The notes beneath the pieces are model-generated. The model saw nothing but the letters and a program-made list of their open reading frames with translations, made no database searches and was not told the origin of the DNA. From contig NIVC01001808.1 in NCBI GenBank assembly GCA_002269645.1, positions 62,001 to 126,000 of the forward strand: 64,000 bases of DNA, written 5' to 3'. Each line of letters starts with the position of its first letter. Within the stretch, counting starts at the first letter, position 1. The translations under genes and the position numbers were made by a program. The stretch comes from Macrostomum lignano (lineage: Eukaryota). Positions 12,581-25,069 of the stretch are shown here, in pieces.

Positions 12581-13705
12581 GTATGTCTGGGTATTTTATC
12601 TAATTAGGTATTTTCACTTCAAGTTACATGTCTGCGGGTATTTAATCTACTAAAATTTTGATCTCGCATTCAGTCAGTCGGTGTGTCTGTCAGTGGTTAT
12701 TATTACGAGCAATTTTCAAGGCTGTGACTTTTTTTACGTCAAAAAGTTTTTTATCTTTTTTTCTTGAAGTTCAGGTCTATCTGTTTAACCAATCAATCAG
12801 TGTTGTGTGTTTTCAAGTTGCCAGCTGCAGGAGCCTTGCCTTATTATAGTTTTATTAATAGTTAATTGAGTAGGATGTAGCCTGCAGAGAGGCTGCGCTT
12901 AAAGTACACGATAAATTTTATTTTAATTTGGAGCTTCAAAACTGATTCTGTCCTTTGAGACTTGTGAGTAGGGTTTGTTTTTATTCTAAGATGTAGACTC
13001 GGTTTTCCCTAGTGTATGCTTTTAACCGGATGTTGTAACCGTTAAAAACGGTACCGTGACAAGAATGAGAACGAGAACGACTCACTAAGGGACTCTTTGT
13101 GACTTTTTAACTAATGCTACTGAGAGAGGCGACTGTTGCGTCACAAGCGCGTCACGTGAGTTGCAGAATCGAATGTGACAATGAAACCGTCTCAAATTGA
13201 CTCTTAGGCGATTCCTGTGACGAATTTTTGCCGTGACATCTTGTCGTTTTAGAGTCGTCTAGAGTCGCTTCTTTCCTGTTTTAACTGTGTTACCTACAGC
13301 AAATCTGTGGCGACGCAAACGACTTTGGGACACTTCTTGGCCTGGGTACCGCTTTCATCGGGTGGCACTGTTATCAGCATGTTGAATAGATATAGACTAT
13401 ATATTATTAAAACTGTCCACTGCTCAGAATTGTTTAGCTTCTCGCTTGAGCAGTTTGTCGTTTTTGTAGTTACTATACTAATATAAATGAGTTGTAATTT
13501 CTAATTTTTCTCTCTGTGATATTTTTATATCTATTTTTGACACTTTTTTACACGCCGGCACAGTCGGATTTATGGCTTAGATTAAAGATTCTTGGAATAA
13601 AGGAGCTATTATAAATTTCTTTATGAGCTACTTGCATTCTTGTCTCTAACTATTTTATTTGTTTGTTTAACTGTAACAGATTCGAATCCCGCTAATTCAG
13701 TAAAA

Positions 13706-15790
13706 TGAGATTTTGATTTCTTGTCAAATCAGTAGGGTGAGATTTTGAGTCAGTCCTTTTCTAAATCAGTAGAGTGAGATTTTGAGTTCTTGTAAAATCA
13801 ATAGGGTGAGATTTTGAGTTCTTGTCAAATCAGTAGGGTGAGATTTTGAGTCAGTCCTTTTCTAAATCAGTAGAGTGAGATTTTGAGTTCTTGTAAAATC
13901 AATAGGGTGAGATTTTGAGTTCTTGTCAAATCAGTAGGTGAAGAGTTTATATTGAGTGGTGATCAGTCACTCAATAAACTCCCACTTCTAGACACTGGGG
14001 AACAAGTGCCTAGGTATCTACAAGTCGGATAACTTACTGCAGCGGATCCTCTAGTGGTTTGTAGACGTCTGGTTCTTGTAGTGGGCAGCGCTGTCTGACT
14101 TGGCTGAGCTGGGCGGCGGCCGGTTCCGGTGAACAGCTGTTGTTTCTTGGAGTCCTTAACTTTATCTGTGGGTCGACCAACACGAGAGCGAATCAGAATT
14201 CTTGACGGTCCTCGAGCTCGGAATGAACAATAGAACGTGCACGTGCGCCCTTATGAACAATTGAATTCTCTAACTGTCTGTAATAGGTCCTCCTGAAGGG
14301 CGTCTTCTTCGTTACGTCCGAAACGTAACGGGTAACTCAATTCAAATCAATAAATCCTCTAGGAATGTATCCTAGGAAACAAGGAGGCCTTTCTCAAATG
14401 TGTCGACAAAAAGTGGCTCTCGTAATCTCAATTAATTAACTTATTAGCGCTAGTAACAATTAACTAAATCGGGTAAACGCTTACCAATCTATCCGGATTT
14501 CTTCTCTCAGAGATGAGTCTTCTTTGGTTAACGTATTCCAAAGTCTTTCTTGAGACCGCTCCGAGTCTGAATTTTTGACTCGGATTTTCGCTTATATTTA
14601 TAGTAAAATGTTGGTGAAAAACTGGTTCAAAATCGGTTATTTACTTAGGTCACGTATGTTTGATTAGGAGGTCATGAATGTTTGATCATTACCATATATG
14701 GAATTAAGCAAATAAAACTCACGAGAACCGGTTTCTTGATCAAATAAACGTCGGTCCTACGTAGGGCTCTGAGTCACTTCTGTTTGCACGTGACTCATTC
14801 TAAAAATAGAATTTCTAAAAATAGATATGACTCATCATAACTCATTCTAAAAATCGATTGCGAGTTTAATTTGATTTAGTTAGAATATTACTTTAAGTAG
14901 TGCGTTTTGTTATAATTTACAGTTCTCTACATAGGGTGAGATTTTGAGTCCTTGTAAAATCAGTAGAGTGAGATTTTGAGTTCTTGTAAAATCAATAGGG
15001 TGAGATTTTGATTTCTTGTCAAATCAGTAGGGTGAGATTTTGAGTCAGTCCTTTTCTAAATCAGTAGAGTGAGATTTTGAGTTCTTGTAAAATCAATAGA
15101 TTGAGATTTTGAGTTCTTGTAAAATCAGTAGGGTGAGATTTTGAGTCCTTGTCAAATCAGTAGGGTGAGATTTTGAGTTCTTTTTAAATCAGTAGGGTGA
15201 GATTTTGAGTTCTTTTTAAATCAGTAGGGTGAGATTTTGAGTTCTTGTCAAATCAGTAGGGTGAGTTTTGAGTTCTTGTCAAATCAGTAAGGTGAGATTT
15301 TGAGTTCTTGTCAAATCAGTAAGGTGAGATTTTGAGTTCTTGTCAAATCAGTAGGGTGAGATTTTGAGTTCTTGTCAAATCAGTAAGGTGAGATTTTGAG
15401 TTCTTGTCAAATCAGTAAGGTGAGATTTTGAGTTCTTGTCAAATCAGTAAGGTGAGATTTTGAGTTCTTGTCAAATCAGTAGGGTGAGATTTTGAGTTCT
15501 TTTTAAATCAGTAGGGTGAGATTTTGAGTTTTTGTCAAATCAGTAGGGTGAGATTTTGAGTTCTTGTCAAATCAGTAGGGTGAGATTCTGAGTTTTTGTC
15601 AAATCAGTAGGGTGAGATTTTGAGTTCTTGTCAAATCAGTAGGGTGAGATTTTGAGTCCTTGTCAAATCAGTAGGGTGAGATTTTGAGTTCTTGTCAAAT
15701 CAGTAGGGTGAGATTTTGAGTAGTTGTCAAATCAGTAGGGTTGAGATTTTGAGTTCTTGTCAAATCAGTAGGGTGACATTTTGAGTTCTT
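13706..15790. repeat. 32-bp minisatellite interrupted by the LTR-like insertion
   Basis: Unit GTGAGATTTTGAGTTCTTGTCAAATCAGTAGG at 13706-13938 and 14932-15790. Confidence 0.95.
13939..14931. mobile_element. Solo-LTR-like insertion (993 bp)
   Basis: Begins TGAAGAG and ends CTCTACA (TG...CA, 6/7 inverted match). Flanked by TAGG at 13935-13938 and 14932-14935. Removing it restores the 32-bp satellite unit exactly. Confidence 0.78.
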
Positions 15791-16467
15791 TTATAACTTG
15801 CCAGCTTTAATCCAACCCAGCCATTACTCTCCACTCTCTCCTCACCAGCTTAGGCTAGGGCCTTGTGGACACAAATTGCAACACTTTGGACGAGAACCGC
15901 GGGTTGTAGTGTAAATTATGTCATTTGCGGTCGATCACTGGTTCCGGAGTGAAAACTTTTGACATGTTACTGAGTGTGCTTTTCTTAGAAGATCAGGGCG
16001 TTGGCTGATTCGTCATTAGCTCAGTAGTATATTTTGCATATTTACTCTTATACTAAGCTAAGAAGGCGAAGAAAACTAACGTTGCTAGAACGTACTCGTT
16101 GCACAGTCCGACCCGTCCACTGCCCCCTGTCCCCCAGTGTACCCCCAGCCCGCTGACGCTCTTTGCTTGGAGTGGAATGGAAGGAGAAATGACAAGAGAG
16201 AGGGGGAGAGAGAATGAGTCAGTCCGTCAGTAGCGACCAATTATGCATATGGCCAAGTGACGCTGAGGTCTAAAAATAGACTGCAAAACCGAAATGCAGT
16301 ACATTTCTGCTTATCTAGATAAAGCAGAAGCTTTACCAAGCTGTGCATATAAATTCAGTCATTAGTTTTCTACTCTTGTTATTGCAGCAAGCGGAGCGTC
16401 ACTTATTTTAACTTCGGATCTGATATTAAAGAATCGAACCAGCTAACCAGATCAACAACTATTAGCC

Positions 16468-17866
16468 ATGTCTCTGTACCCGTCTCTGGAGGACTACAAA
16501 GTGGACTCGATGGCCAGGGCCCAGGCCCAGCAGGCTCACCAGCAGCAGGCGGTCACTGCCGCCGCTAGCACCGGCCAGGTGGCCCTGTATCCCAGCCTGA
16601 GCCAGTACATGGGTCTGGACGTGTCGCAGTGGGCCGCCGCTCACGGCAGTCTGGAGGTCAGATGCTTGCTTTTTGCCTTGCTTTATTATAACTGTAAATA
16701 CGAGCGTATGTTAGATCTGTAGGATTGGCAGTTAAATCTACGAGATTCCCAGTTAGACCTGCGAGATTCCCAGTTAGACCTGCGAGATTCCCAGTTAGAT
16801 ATGTGAGATTCCCAGTTAGATCAATGAGATTTCTCAGTTAGATCAATGAGATTCCAGTTAGATCAAATGAGATTCCCAGTTGGATCTGAAATTCCCAGTT
16901 AGATCTGTGAGATTCCTGGTTAGATATGCGAGATTCCCAGTTAGACCTGCGAGATTCCCACTTAGATCGGTGATATTCCCACTTAGATCTGTGAGATTCC
17001 CAGTTCAATCTGTGAGATTCCTAGTTAGATATGCGAGATTCCCAGTTAGACCTGCGAGATTCCCACTTAGATCGGTGATATTCCCACTTAGATCTGTGAG
17101 ATTCCCAGTTCAATCTGTGAGATTCCTAGGTTATATCTGTTAGGCATACGGCTATATTTCATGACCCATACCACAGCTTCACCCAAAGCGCACCCCAATA
17201 ACTCCGCAGGTGCGCCACGCCGGCTCCGGCCACGCTCAGATCGCGCCGGTCACTCAGCAGAGCGTCGGCCTTCGCCGCGCCGAGATCCGTCAGGGCCTTC
17301 GCCCGGTGACGCTGTGCAAAGGCGCCGACGGCAAACTCGGCGTCCGTGTCAAGGCCATCAGCCAGGGCCTGTTCGTGGCCATGGTGTACCGCGGCAGCCC
17401 GGCCGCCCTAGCCGGACTCCGCTTCGGCGATCAGATTGTCGAGGTCAACGGCGAAGCCGTCGCCGGCTGGAGCGCCGACCGCGCCGCCAAGGCCTTCAAA
17501 GGCTGCCCGGTGAACGGCATCCAGTTGATGGTGCGCGACCGGCCATTCGAGCGCACCGTCACGGTGCACAAGGACTCCGTTGGCCACGTCGGCTTCGTCA
17601 TCAAGGACGCCGCCATCACGGCTCTGGTGGCCGACAGCTCCGCCGCCCGCAACGGCCTCCTGACCGATCATCACATTGTCGAAGTCAACGGGCAGAATGT
17701 TGTCGGCATGAAGGACGACCAGATCGCCGAACTGATGAAGAAGTCGAAGCGCACTGTGACGGTCACTGTGATGCCGACATTCGTGTACAAGCACATTGTG
17801 AGCTGCATGGGCAAGAGCCTGGTGCGCAAGTGGATGGATCACTCCATTGTCGATGAGGACTTCTGA
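16468..17866 (+). CDS. SDCBP: Syntenin (syndecan-binding protein), tandem PDZ, 2 coding exons
   Basis: Exons 16468-16656 and 17210-17866 (phase 0, GT-AG). N-terminus MSLYPSLEDYKVD has two LYPSL motifs, followed by two PDZ domains (CKGADGKLGVRV...GLRFGDQIVEVNG; HKDSVGHVGF...ARNGLLTDHHIVEVNGQNV) and the C-terminus MDHSIVDEDF. Confidence 0.95.
16732..17130. repeat. ~21-bp minisatellite in syntenin intron
   Basis: Unit GAGATTCCCAGTTAGATCTGT. Confidence 0.9.
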
Positions 17867-18085
17867 GCGGCGCCTTGAGGAGTGATGAGGTTTTTTTTTA
17901 CTGGCAACAGCACTGAGCACTCTCTGTTAATATTAATAATTATTTTATTATATTCGTAATGCCTGATGGCTCAGCAAAACGAAAACTATTTTTTCCTATA
18001 AAAACAATTATAGAGGGCCGGATAAGTATATCTTTTTAAAAGCTTTTTTTGCTGAGCTGGGCAAATATCGCGCGCTTTTAGTCAC

Positions 18086-18086
<1 letters not shown>

Positions 18087-18135
<49 letters not shown>
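18087..18135. repeat. (TTA)n microsatellite
   Basis: Directly visible. Confidence 0.95.
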
Positions 18136-18136
<1 letters not shown>

Positions 18137-18600
18137 GACTTCAATTAAAATGACGCTAAAAATATATATTATAATTTTAGTTATTATCAATGTCGTACGC
18201 AAGAGAACTCCGTCATTATCGTATTTCATTATATAAATGAAACCGCTTTGATTGATGGATCGATTCGTTAAATAATTTTTTACTAATAATACTACTCATA
18301 ATAATGATGTTACGTAATCATTCTGTCTGTACATCCTTAACATTATTCATATTATTGTCGCCTCTCTCTTTAAAAATAATCAACACTACTAATATTATTA
18401 AATATTAATGTCGCGCATTTTCTCTTTGACCTCAATTGACCCCTCCCCCTCCTATAAGTAGGATTTTATATTATGCAGAACATATTGGTTTATTATTGTG
18501 CGATGAAAATATAAGCATAAATGTTGCAGAGTTTTTGATACCGACCGTTGGATAAAGTGTTGCCGGCTTGTCTTCAATCTGTGTCAGGAATTGCTATATT

Positions 18601-19093
18601 GCCCTTTTTCTAAGGCAGATCCACAGATACTATAATAACTATATGGGCCACTCAGGCATATATACTTGGCAAAATTGCTTTCTACTTTCAGTTCAGTAGC
18701 AAAGAAGAATGCATAAGCTATTTTATAAGAATAAAGGCAGCTGAGATGACTTTGATAAGTTTAGAAGCCCAAGCTTGCAGACGTAAACAGCTTGCTAATT
18801 GGTTCAGCCAAAATGTACATTAGCCACTGAAATGTACAAGGCAGATTTAGGCCGGAACAATCAAAGAAGGTAATAAAATTAGGTCGCGGGCCGGGGGTAG
18901 AGGTTCTATGAGGAGTCTGAGGGTTTAATAGCTTAGGAAGGGTAAGAGCCAATAAATAAGCTTTGTCTTTAAAAATACATTACAATGCTTCAGTTTAACT
19001 TACTACTGAACTGAAAGTAGCTGGCACGCAAATGTGCTGAGTGGCCCATCTAGTTGTTCTAGTATCCGTGGGCAGATCTTATAAACAATGGGC
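18601..19093. mobile_element. Foldback/MITE-like element with ~100-bp imperfect inverted arms
   Basis: 18682-18699 is the exact reverse complement of 19003-19020; 18643-18655 of 19037-19049; 18621-18632 is nearly so of 19060-19071. No TSD identified. Confidence 0.6.
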
Positions 19094-19889
19094 TGTTTTT
19101 GTACCCGCTTGGCTTTTTAGTCCGGATTTTGTCCGCCATTCGTCCGCTTTTGTCCGCTTTTGGGGTCCTTTCCGGACCAAATAGGGATTTTATCCGCATT
19201 TCATCCGGATTTCACGTCCGGACCAAAATGTGGGACAAATTCCGGGCCAAATCCGGACAAGGGGATTTCGCAAGCTACTTTTGATCCGGATCTCATCCGC
19301 AATTTGATCCGAACTTTTGACCGGCTTAGAGCGGACGAAAAGTCGGACTTCAGTCCGGATGAAAGTAGGGCGAAAATATATTTTGTCCGGAAATTTCATC
19401 CGCTTTGTCTCCCGCCTGTTCAACCGCAATTGAGCCGGATTTCGCCGGACAAAGTTCCGGAATATTTAATATATGACAACCCTGCACCCCCTCAGCCACT
19501 ATTCACCCGCGTCAATGCAGATTCTATATCAACATAATTATCAAAAATATTCTGTTATTAGCGGGATAGAATATTCTCATAAGCCATTCGATGCGCTTAA
19601 TACTATTACTATATAGGAACTGTGTGGGATATGGATCCCATCAAAGCACTGCTTCTTAAATTTACTTCTCAAGTTGAACTTTTTTGCTTGGCTTTTCTTG
19701 TGTGGTTTTTTTTAAATAGATTTTTCTGCTCCGGATTCGCACTCGGTGTTTGAGGTTTTTTCGTTATTTTTGCGTCGCACTACTATTAGTAGATTGCTGA
19801 GTGAAATATATTGTCCATTGCTTTCAATTATGGTTTCTGTAGCCGCATCCAAAGCGTGTAGGAGCTAGGACTAGAATTTTCGTGGATTT

Positions 19890-20268
19890 CCATTGTTGGT
19901 CAAGGAGAATGCCGTTGCTATAAGAAATTCATTGTTGATCAGGGGAATTCCCGTTGCTATGGGAATGTATTTTGCACGCAGTCAGTTTCTTTAGACAAAA
20001 AGACACGGTTTAAGCTAGAGGCGCAGTTGCGTTCTAATAAACATTGTTGGTCAGGGGAATTCCCATTGCTATGGGGTATCCATTGTGGGTCAGGGGAATT
20101 CCCGTTGCTATGGGGAATCCATAGTTGGTCAGGGGAATCCCCGTTGCAATTTAGAATCCATTGTTGGTCAAGTAAAATCCTGTTGCTTTAAGGATTCCAT
20201 TGTTCTCAGAGGAATTCCCGTTGCTATGGGGAATCCATCGTTGGTCAGAGGAATCCATTGTTGCTCTA
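19890..20268. repeat. Degenerate ~39-bp repeat
   Basis: CATTGTTGGTCAGGGGAATTCCCGTTGCTATGGGGAATC-like units, interrupted at ~19965-20040. Confidence 0.8.
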
Positions 20269-20809
20269 AGCGACTTGGCTGCGGCTATCATTCTGCAAAA
20301 GTGAATCAATTCTAAATACAAATTTTTTATCCGCCATAATTTTGCTCGTTGTTGATCAGAGGAAAATTTGTTTTACTTGTCGATGGATTTTATTTTTATC
20401 CGCCAGCCTACTAACTGCTTCATCTTGCTATAGTTATCCAGCGAGCACCTTTCTCGGTGGCTTCAAAGACTCTGCTATCTTCTGAACTCTAATAGGGCCT
20501 TCAATGGGCCGACAACTTTTGCAAGTAGCTTCGGCATTAGCAACCTTGTTTACTCCAGAAATTTGAGAGAATTATAAACTCGTTTTTTAAGTTTAAAGCG
20601 AATTTTCTTTTGTGTTTAACAAAATCGCTTTGATAACCACCGATACTTTGTGGCATATTATTTAATACACAGCCAGCGAACGGCTTCAAATTCCTCAATG
20701 TTAAACTGAGGACTATTATGTTTCATTACTATATATGGTCTGTTGATGTGGCCTCCGACTTCCTGCGTTTGTCTGTCGTTTCTTTTGTAACTTAAATAGC
20801 TTTTGTATC

Positions 20810-21210
20810 TACCGATATGTGTTTTAGTTTAATTTTTGGATAATTTAAACCGATATGTGTTTTAGTTTAATTCGGTTAAGATAGTTTAGAGATCTACCGA
20901 TATGTATTGTAGTTGAATTTGGTTTGGATAGTTTATACCGATGTGTTGTACATTTAGTCTAATTTTGTTTGGATAGTTTAGAGATCTACCGATATGTATT
21001 GTAGTTAAATTTTGTTTGGATAGTTTAGAGATCTACCGATATGTATTGTAGTTGAATTTGGTTTGGATAGTTTATACCGATGTGTTGTACATTTAGTCTA
21101 ATTTTGTTTGGATAGTTTAGAGATCTACCGATATGTATTGTAGTTAAATTTTGTTTGGATAGTTTAAAGATCTACCGATATGTGTTGTAATTTAATTTGG
21201 TTTGGATAGT
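20810..21210. repeat. Degenerate ~41-47-bp minisatellite
   Basis: CCGATATGTATTGTAGTTAAATTTTGTTTGGATAGTTTAGAGATCTA-like units. Confidence 0.85.
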
Positions 21211-21714
21211 TAGGATCCACAAACGCCTACCTAGCGATGCAAATTAAGAAATCAACTCCCAAAGAATCACTACCGAAAATAGTTATCGCATTTTTACGAG
21301 TTGTTTATCTCGATGGGGTGGACCAGGGTGAAAAGTTTTCAACGGAAGTATAATTTCTACATAAAAAGGTTTTCGATTCCTACCTAAGATCGACGGGAGA
21401 GGGCATTAACGAAGCTTTAAAACTCGCAACATTCATGAGCAGTTTATTGATTTTCAGATTATTTTATCGCTATTTTGCTGGCATTTATTTTTGTTGATTT
21501 GGAATCGTTGCCTGTGTGCTTCTGGAGAGCCAACTAAAGCCTAGGAGGGAGAGCTGATTTAAAGACGAGTGCTAGCTGTAGGACTGGAGTGCTAACTTAC
21601 TGATGCTCTAGCGTTGACGCTGAGGTGCTGAATTCAAGTCTAGGGTGCTAACCTACTGGAGTGCTAAATTTCTGTATTATGGATTGCTTTCGAATTTCGA
21701 ATTTTTGAATTTCG

Positions 21715-22152
21715 GTCTGAAGTGCTAATTATCTATCTGGAGTGCCAATTATCGATTTGAAATGCTAAATCTCGATCTGGAGTGCTATCGATTTGGGGTG
21801 TTTATTATCTATCTGGAGTGCTAGTTATCGTAATTATCGATCTGAAGTGCTAATTATCGATTTGGAGTGCTAATTATCTATCTGAAGTGTTAATTATCGA
21901 TTTGGAGTGCTAATTATCTATCTGAAGTGCTAATTATCTATCTGAAGTGCTAATTATCGATTTCGAGTGCTAATTATCTATCTGGAGTGCTAATTACCTA
22001 TCTGGAGTGCTAATTATCGATCTGGAGTGCCATTTATCGATCTGGAGTGCCATTTATCGATCTGGAGTGCTAATTACCTATCTGGAGTGCTAATTATCGA
22101 TCTGGAGTGCCATTTATCGATCTGGAGTGCCATTTATCGATCTGGAGTGCTA
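21715..22152. repeat. 20-bp minisatellite
   Basis: Unit GATCTGGAGTGCTAATTATC. Confidence 0.95.
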
Positions 22153-22974
22153 AACTCTCTTTAAAGAAGTATCAATACAGTTATGCGATTGGTGTGTATC
22201 ATAGTCGATTCTAAAAAGAGACCCAGCCGATCTGGGTTTGAACCTTAGCGTCACTGCCTTCATTTGGGATTGCATTGCATATCGTTAGTCTGCATATCAT
22301 CCCCTGTTCGCTCGCTTGCACTCGCAGATAGGCTATACATGTCTAGCTATATGAGCCCTTCTCGCATTTACGATTATCAAATCCCCGTGCGCCTGTTTTC
22401 GCCTATCTCTGCGCGCCCACGGTGGCCGGAGACATTAGCGGAGATGTGTTGTTGCCTCTGCGCTAAGCCGGGGCCTGGGAACTGGGAACTGGGCGGCTTT
22501 GCAGACAGCTGTGATCACCTCGAATCCTTTTCTCCGCCTGTTATATGCGCACTATTGGCGGTGCAGCCGCCCCTCAGTCTGGAAGCTGCAGGCGCTCGAC
22601 TAAAAACACTATGGAGGAAGGGGAAGGAGCAGAGAAAGCGGGTGTGTGTGTCCAGACTGGCCCAGTTCTGGAGTTGGGTTTCGCTTCTCGAACCGGAAAT
22701 TGGAAAATCCTCGTGTCGCCCTGTCCCCGCCAGCTACTTGCATGCGAGCTGAGCTTCTTCGCGAGTCTATTATTCGAAATTTGGGCCCTACTTATGGGAC
22801 TAGAGGGAAGCTGTACTTTGTAGTTCCTTTCAATTTTGGCTACTTGTATTTGCACCTGATTCTGAGTGATGAAGGGCCCGAAACTGATTAGCTTTGGGCC
22901 TCTTCAGCTCTCACGGACGGCCTGAGGATTCGAATGATCGCCTGGGCACTCCATCTGATTGACTGGTCACTCCA

Positions 22975-23400
22975 ATTACCAGTCTGAGCACTCTCTAATT
23001 ACCAGTCTGAGCACTCTCTAATCACCAGTCTGAGCACTCTCTAATCACCAGTCTGAGCACTCTCCAATTACCAGTCTGAGCACTCTCTAATCACCAGTCT
23101 GAGCACTCTCTAATTACCAGTCTGAGTACTCTAATCACCAGTCTGAGCACTCTCTAATCACCAGTCTGAGCACTCTCTACTCACCAGTCTGAGTACTCTC
23201 TAATCACCAGTCTGAGCACTCTCTAATTACCAGTCTGAGTACTCTAATCACCAGTCTGAGCACTCTCTAATCACCAGTCTGAGTACTCTCTAATCACCAG
23301 TCTGAGCACTCTCTAATCACCAGTCTGAGCCTGAGCACTCTCTAATCACCAGTCTGAGCACGATCTCTAATGATAAGCCTGAGCACTCCCTTACAATCTG
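22975..23400. repeat. 23-bp minisatellite
   Basis: Unit CCAGTCTGAGCACTCTCTAATCA. Confidence 0.95.
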
Positions 23401-24119
23401 AGCACTCTCTTACAGCCTGAACACTCCCTAATGACCGGTCGGAATGCTCTCTGGCTAACCATCAGAGCACCTTTGACTGCTCAAGTAAATTTTGTGCCAA
23501 ATTGTGTACTCAAACGCTATTGAGTAGTCTCGTGATTATCCTTTGCCGCTAATTTGCCATTTGCGCCACTCTGTGGCCCTGAGTTCGAACCCCGCCTTTC
23601 CATTTGAAATTCGAGACTGCATCTCATCGTCGAGGATTAAAGCAATGAGTTCATCAAAACGCGTGCAAATCTGATTGGATTCTGATTCTGATCTGATTTT
23701 TTACTCTAAGTGGACGGCTATGGTAGTTGTTAGACTTTCTGAATCTGAGAGCACCATCTTCTAGCTGAGGTTATAAGCGTAGTTTCTATTAAAAATCAAA
23801 AGCATTTTGCAATCTGACCTCGATGCATTTGCCTGAGATTAATCCCTTGCCTTGGTTCGAATCAAATCAGATATGAGATAGATCAGGTATCGAGTAAAGC
23901 TCGAATTGCTTTTCAATCTGTTATCGGAACCGAAATTTCTAGACACAATGGCGCGGTCCAGTTCGTGGGTGGGTATCTCGTGAAAGTCTATGGCTAACAT
24001 CGGCTTCGCTAATGTGCTCTGATTCGGCGATATATACAAGCTAGTTAACGCTTTTCATAGTCTATGGCCTAAAGGGGGTATATAGAACAACCAATCTGAG
24101 AATTCGGGGAATTTGATCT

Positions 24120-24413
24120 ATATAGACTAATACATGTAGTCTGCCCTAATGGGCCAGATGTGCAACCGACAGCTCAGCCGCAGCTATTGCGCGGCGCATC
24201 TGAAGGCTGCGTACGGCTGTTCAGTCCAAGGACTGGTGGATCGCCACTCACACCCTCAATTACTCCAGCTAATGCTGGCACCCATTTTACAGCTGGGAGA
24301 ACTGAAGCAATGCAGAGTTAATTGTCTTGCTCAAATTTTTGGGAGTGGGATCGGGAATCGAACCCCCGACCTTCAAGTCGCGAGTCCAACCTAAACCCTA
24401 GGCTACAACCCAC
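24120..24413 (-). mobile_element. tRNA-derived SINE with CORE-like central domain
   Basis: Minus strand: A-box-like TAGCCTAGGG and B-box GGTTCGATTCC, then TTGAGCAAGACAATTAACTCTGCATTGCTTCAGTTCTCCCAGCTGTAAAATGGG, which resembles the MIR/CORE consensus. The 3' boundary is approximate. Confidence 0.65.
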
Positions 24414-25069
24414 TTCCTTAGGAACCTAAAAGGAAAAGAAGAGCCGTCATTATCTCTTGTTAAGTAATAAAATTTCAAAATTTCAATTTTAGCTGGCAAA
24501 GAATTTCAGGCACATAATGCCCTTTATTACCGTTAAAGAACTTCAATTCTGACATTGTGTGCCGATTTAATACAAATTTATATTTGCTTAAGTGTTTTTC
24601 TGTTTCTGTTTTTTTTCTTGAACCAAACACCTTCAGCATTTACAGATGTGCAATATGGACAAATATAAATGTAATACGAGTACTTTTACATTAAGAACAC
24701 TAATGCAAGTTTATAACAATACAATCTGCTTTGAACAGCCCCGATTGCGTTCAATTATTCAAGATTTTGGGATCAAATCCAGTGCTGCAATGAGGACTTG
24801 ACAGACAAAATAGACGGGGTTATGCTGAACATTTTCTTATTAATCGTCTCTCTTTGACAGTAGAACTCGGAAATGGGTTTATTTATTTACCTCAAATTAT
24901 CTCACGAGGAACCTCAGACGATTCTGCTTCCTGTTGATGAAGCTAACAGAATAAAGCTTCATTAACAAAGGGTTACATTGGATACGGGCAAGTTTTTTAT
25001 CTATAAAAATCAGTCGGTCAAGCGCCGTCCGCTCTCTGATTGGCCAATCGCTCTCAGCCAATCAGCGCG

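Noticed and set aside
13047-13354. Possible MITE bounded by AAAACGGTACC / GGTACCGCTTT
   Set aside because: The match rests largely on a self-palindromic hexamer, and no TSD was found.
19095-19480. TCCGGA/GTCCG-rich self-complementary segment ending GACAACCCTG
   Set aside because: Looks like a transposon remnant, but I could not find a matching left terminus or TSD.
23520-23605. tRNA-like B-box GAGTTCGAACCCC
   Set aside because: No cloverleaf could be folded; at most a decayed SINE head.
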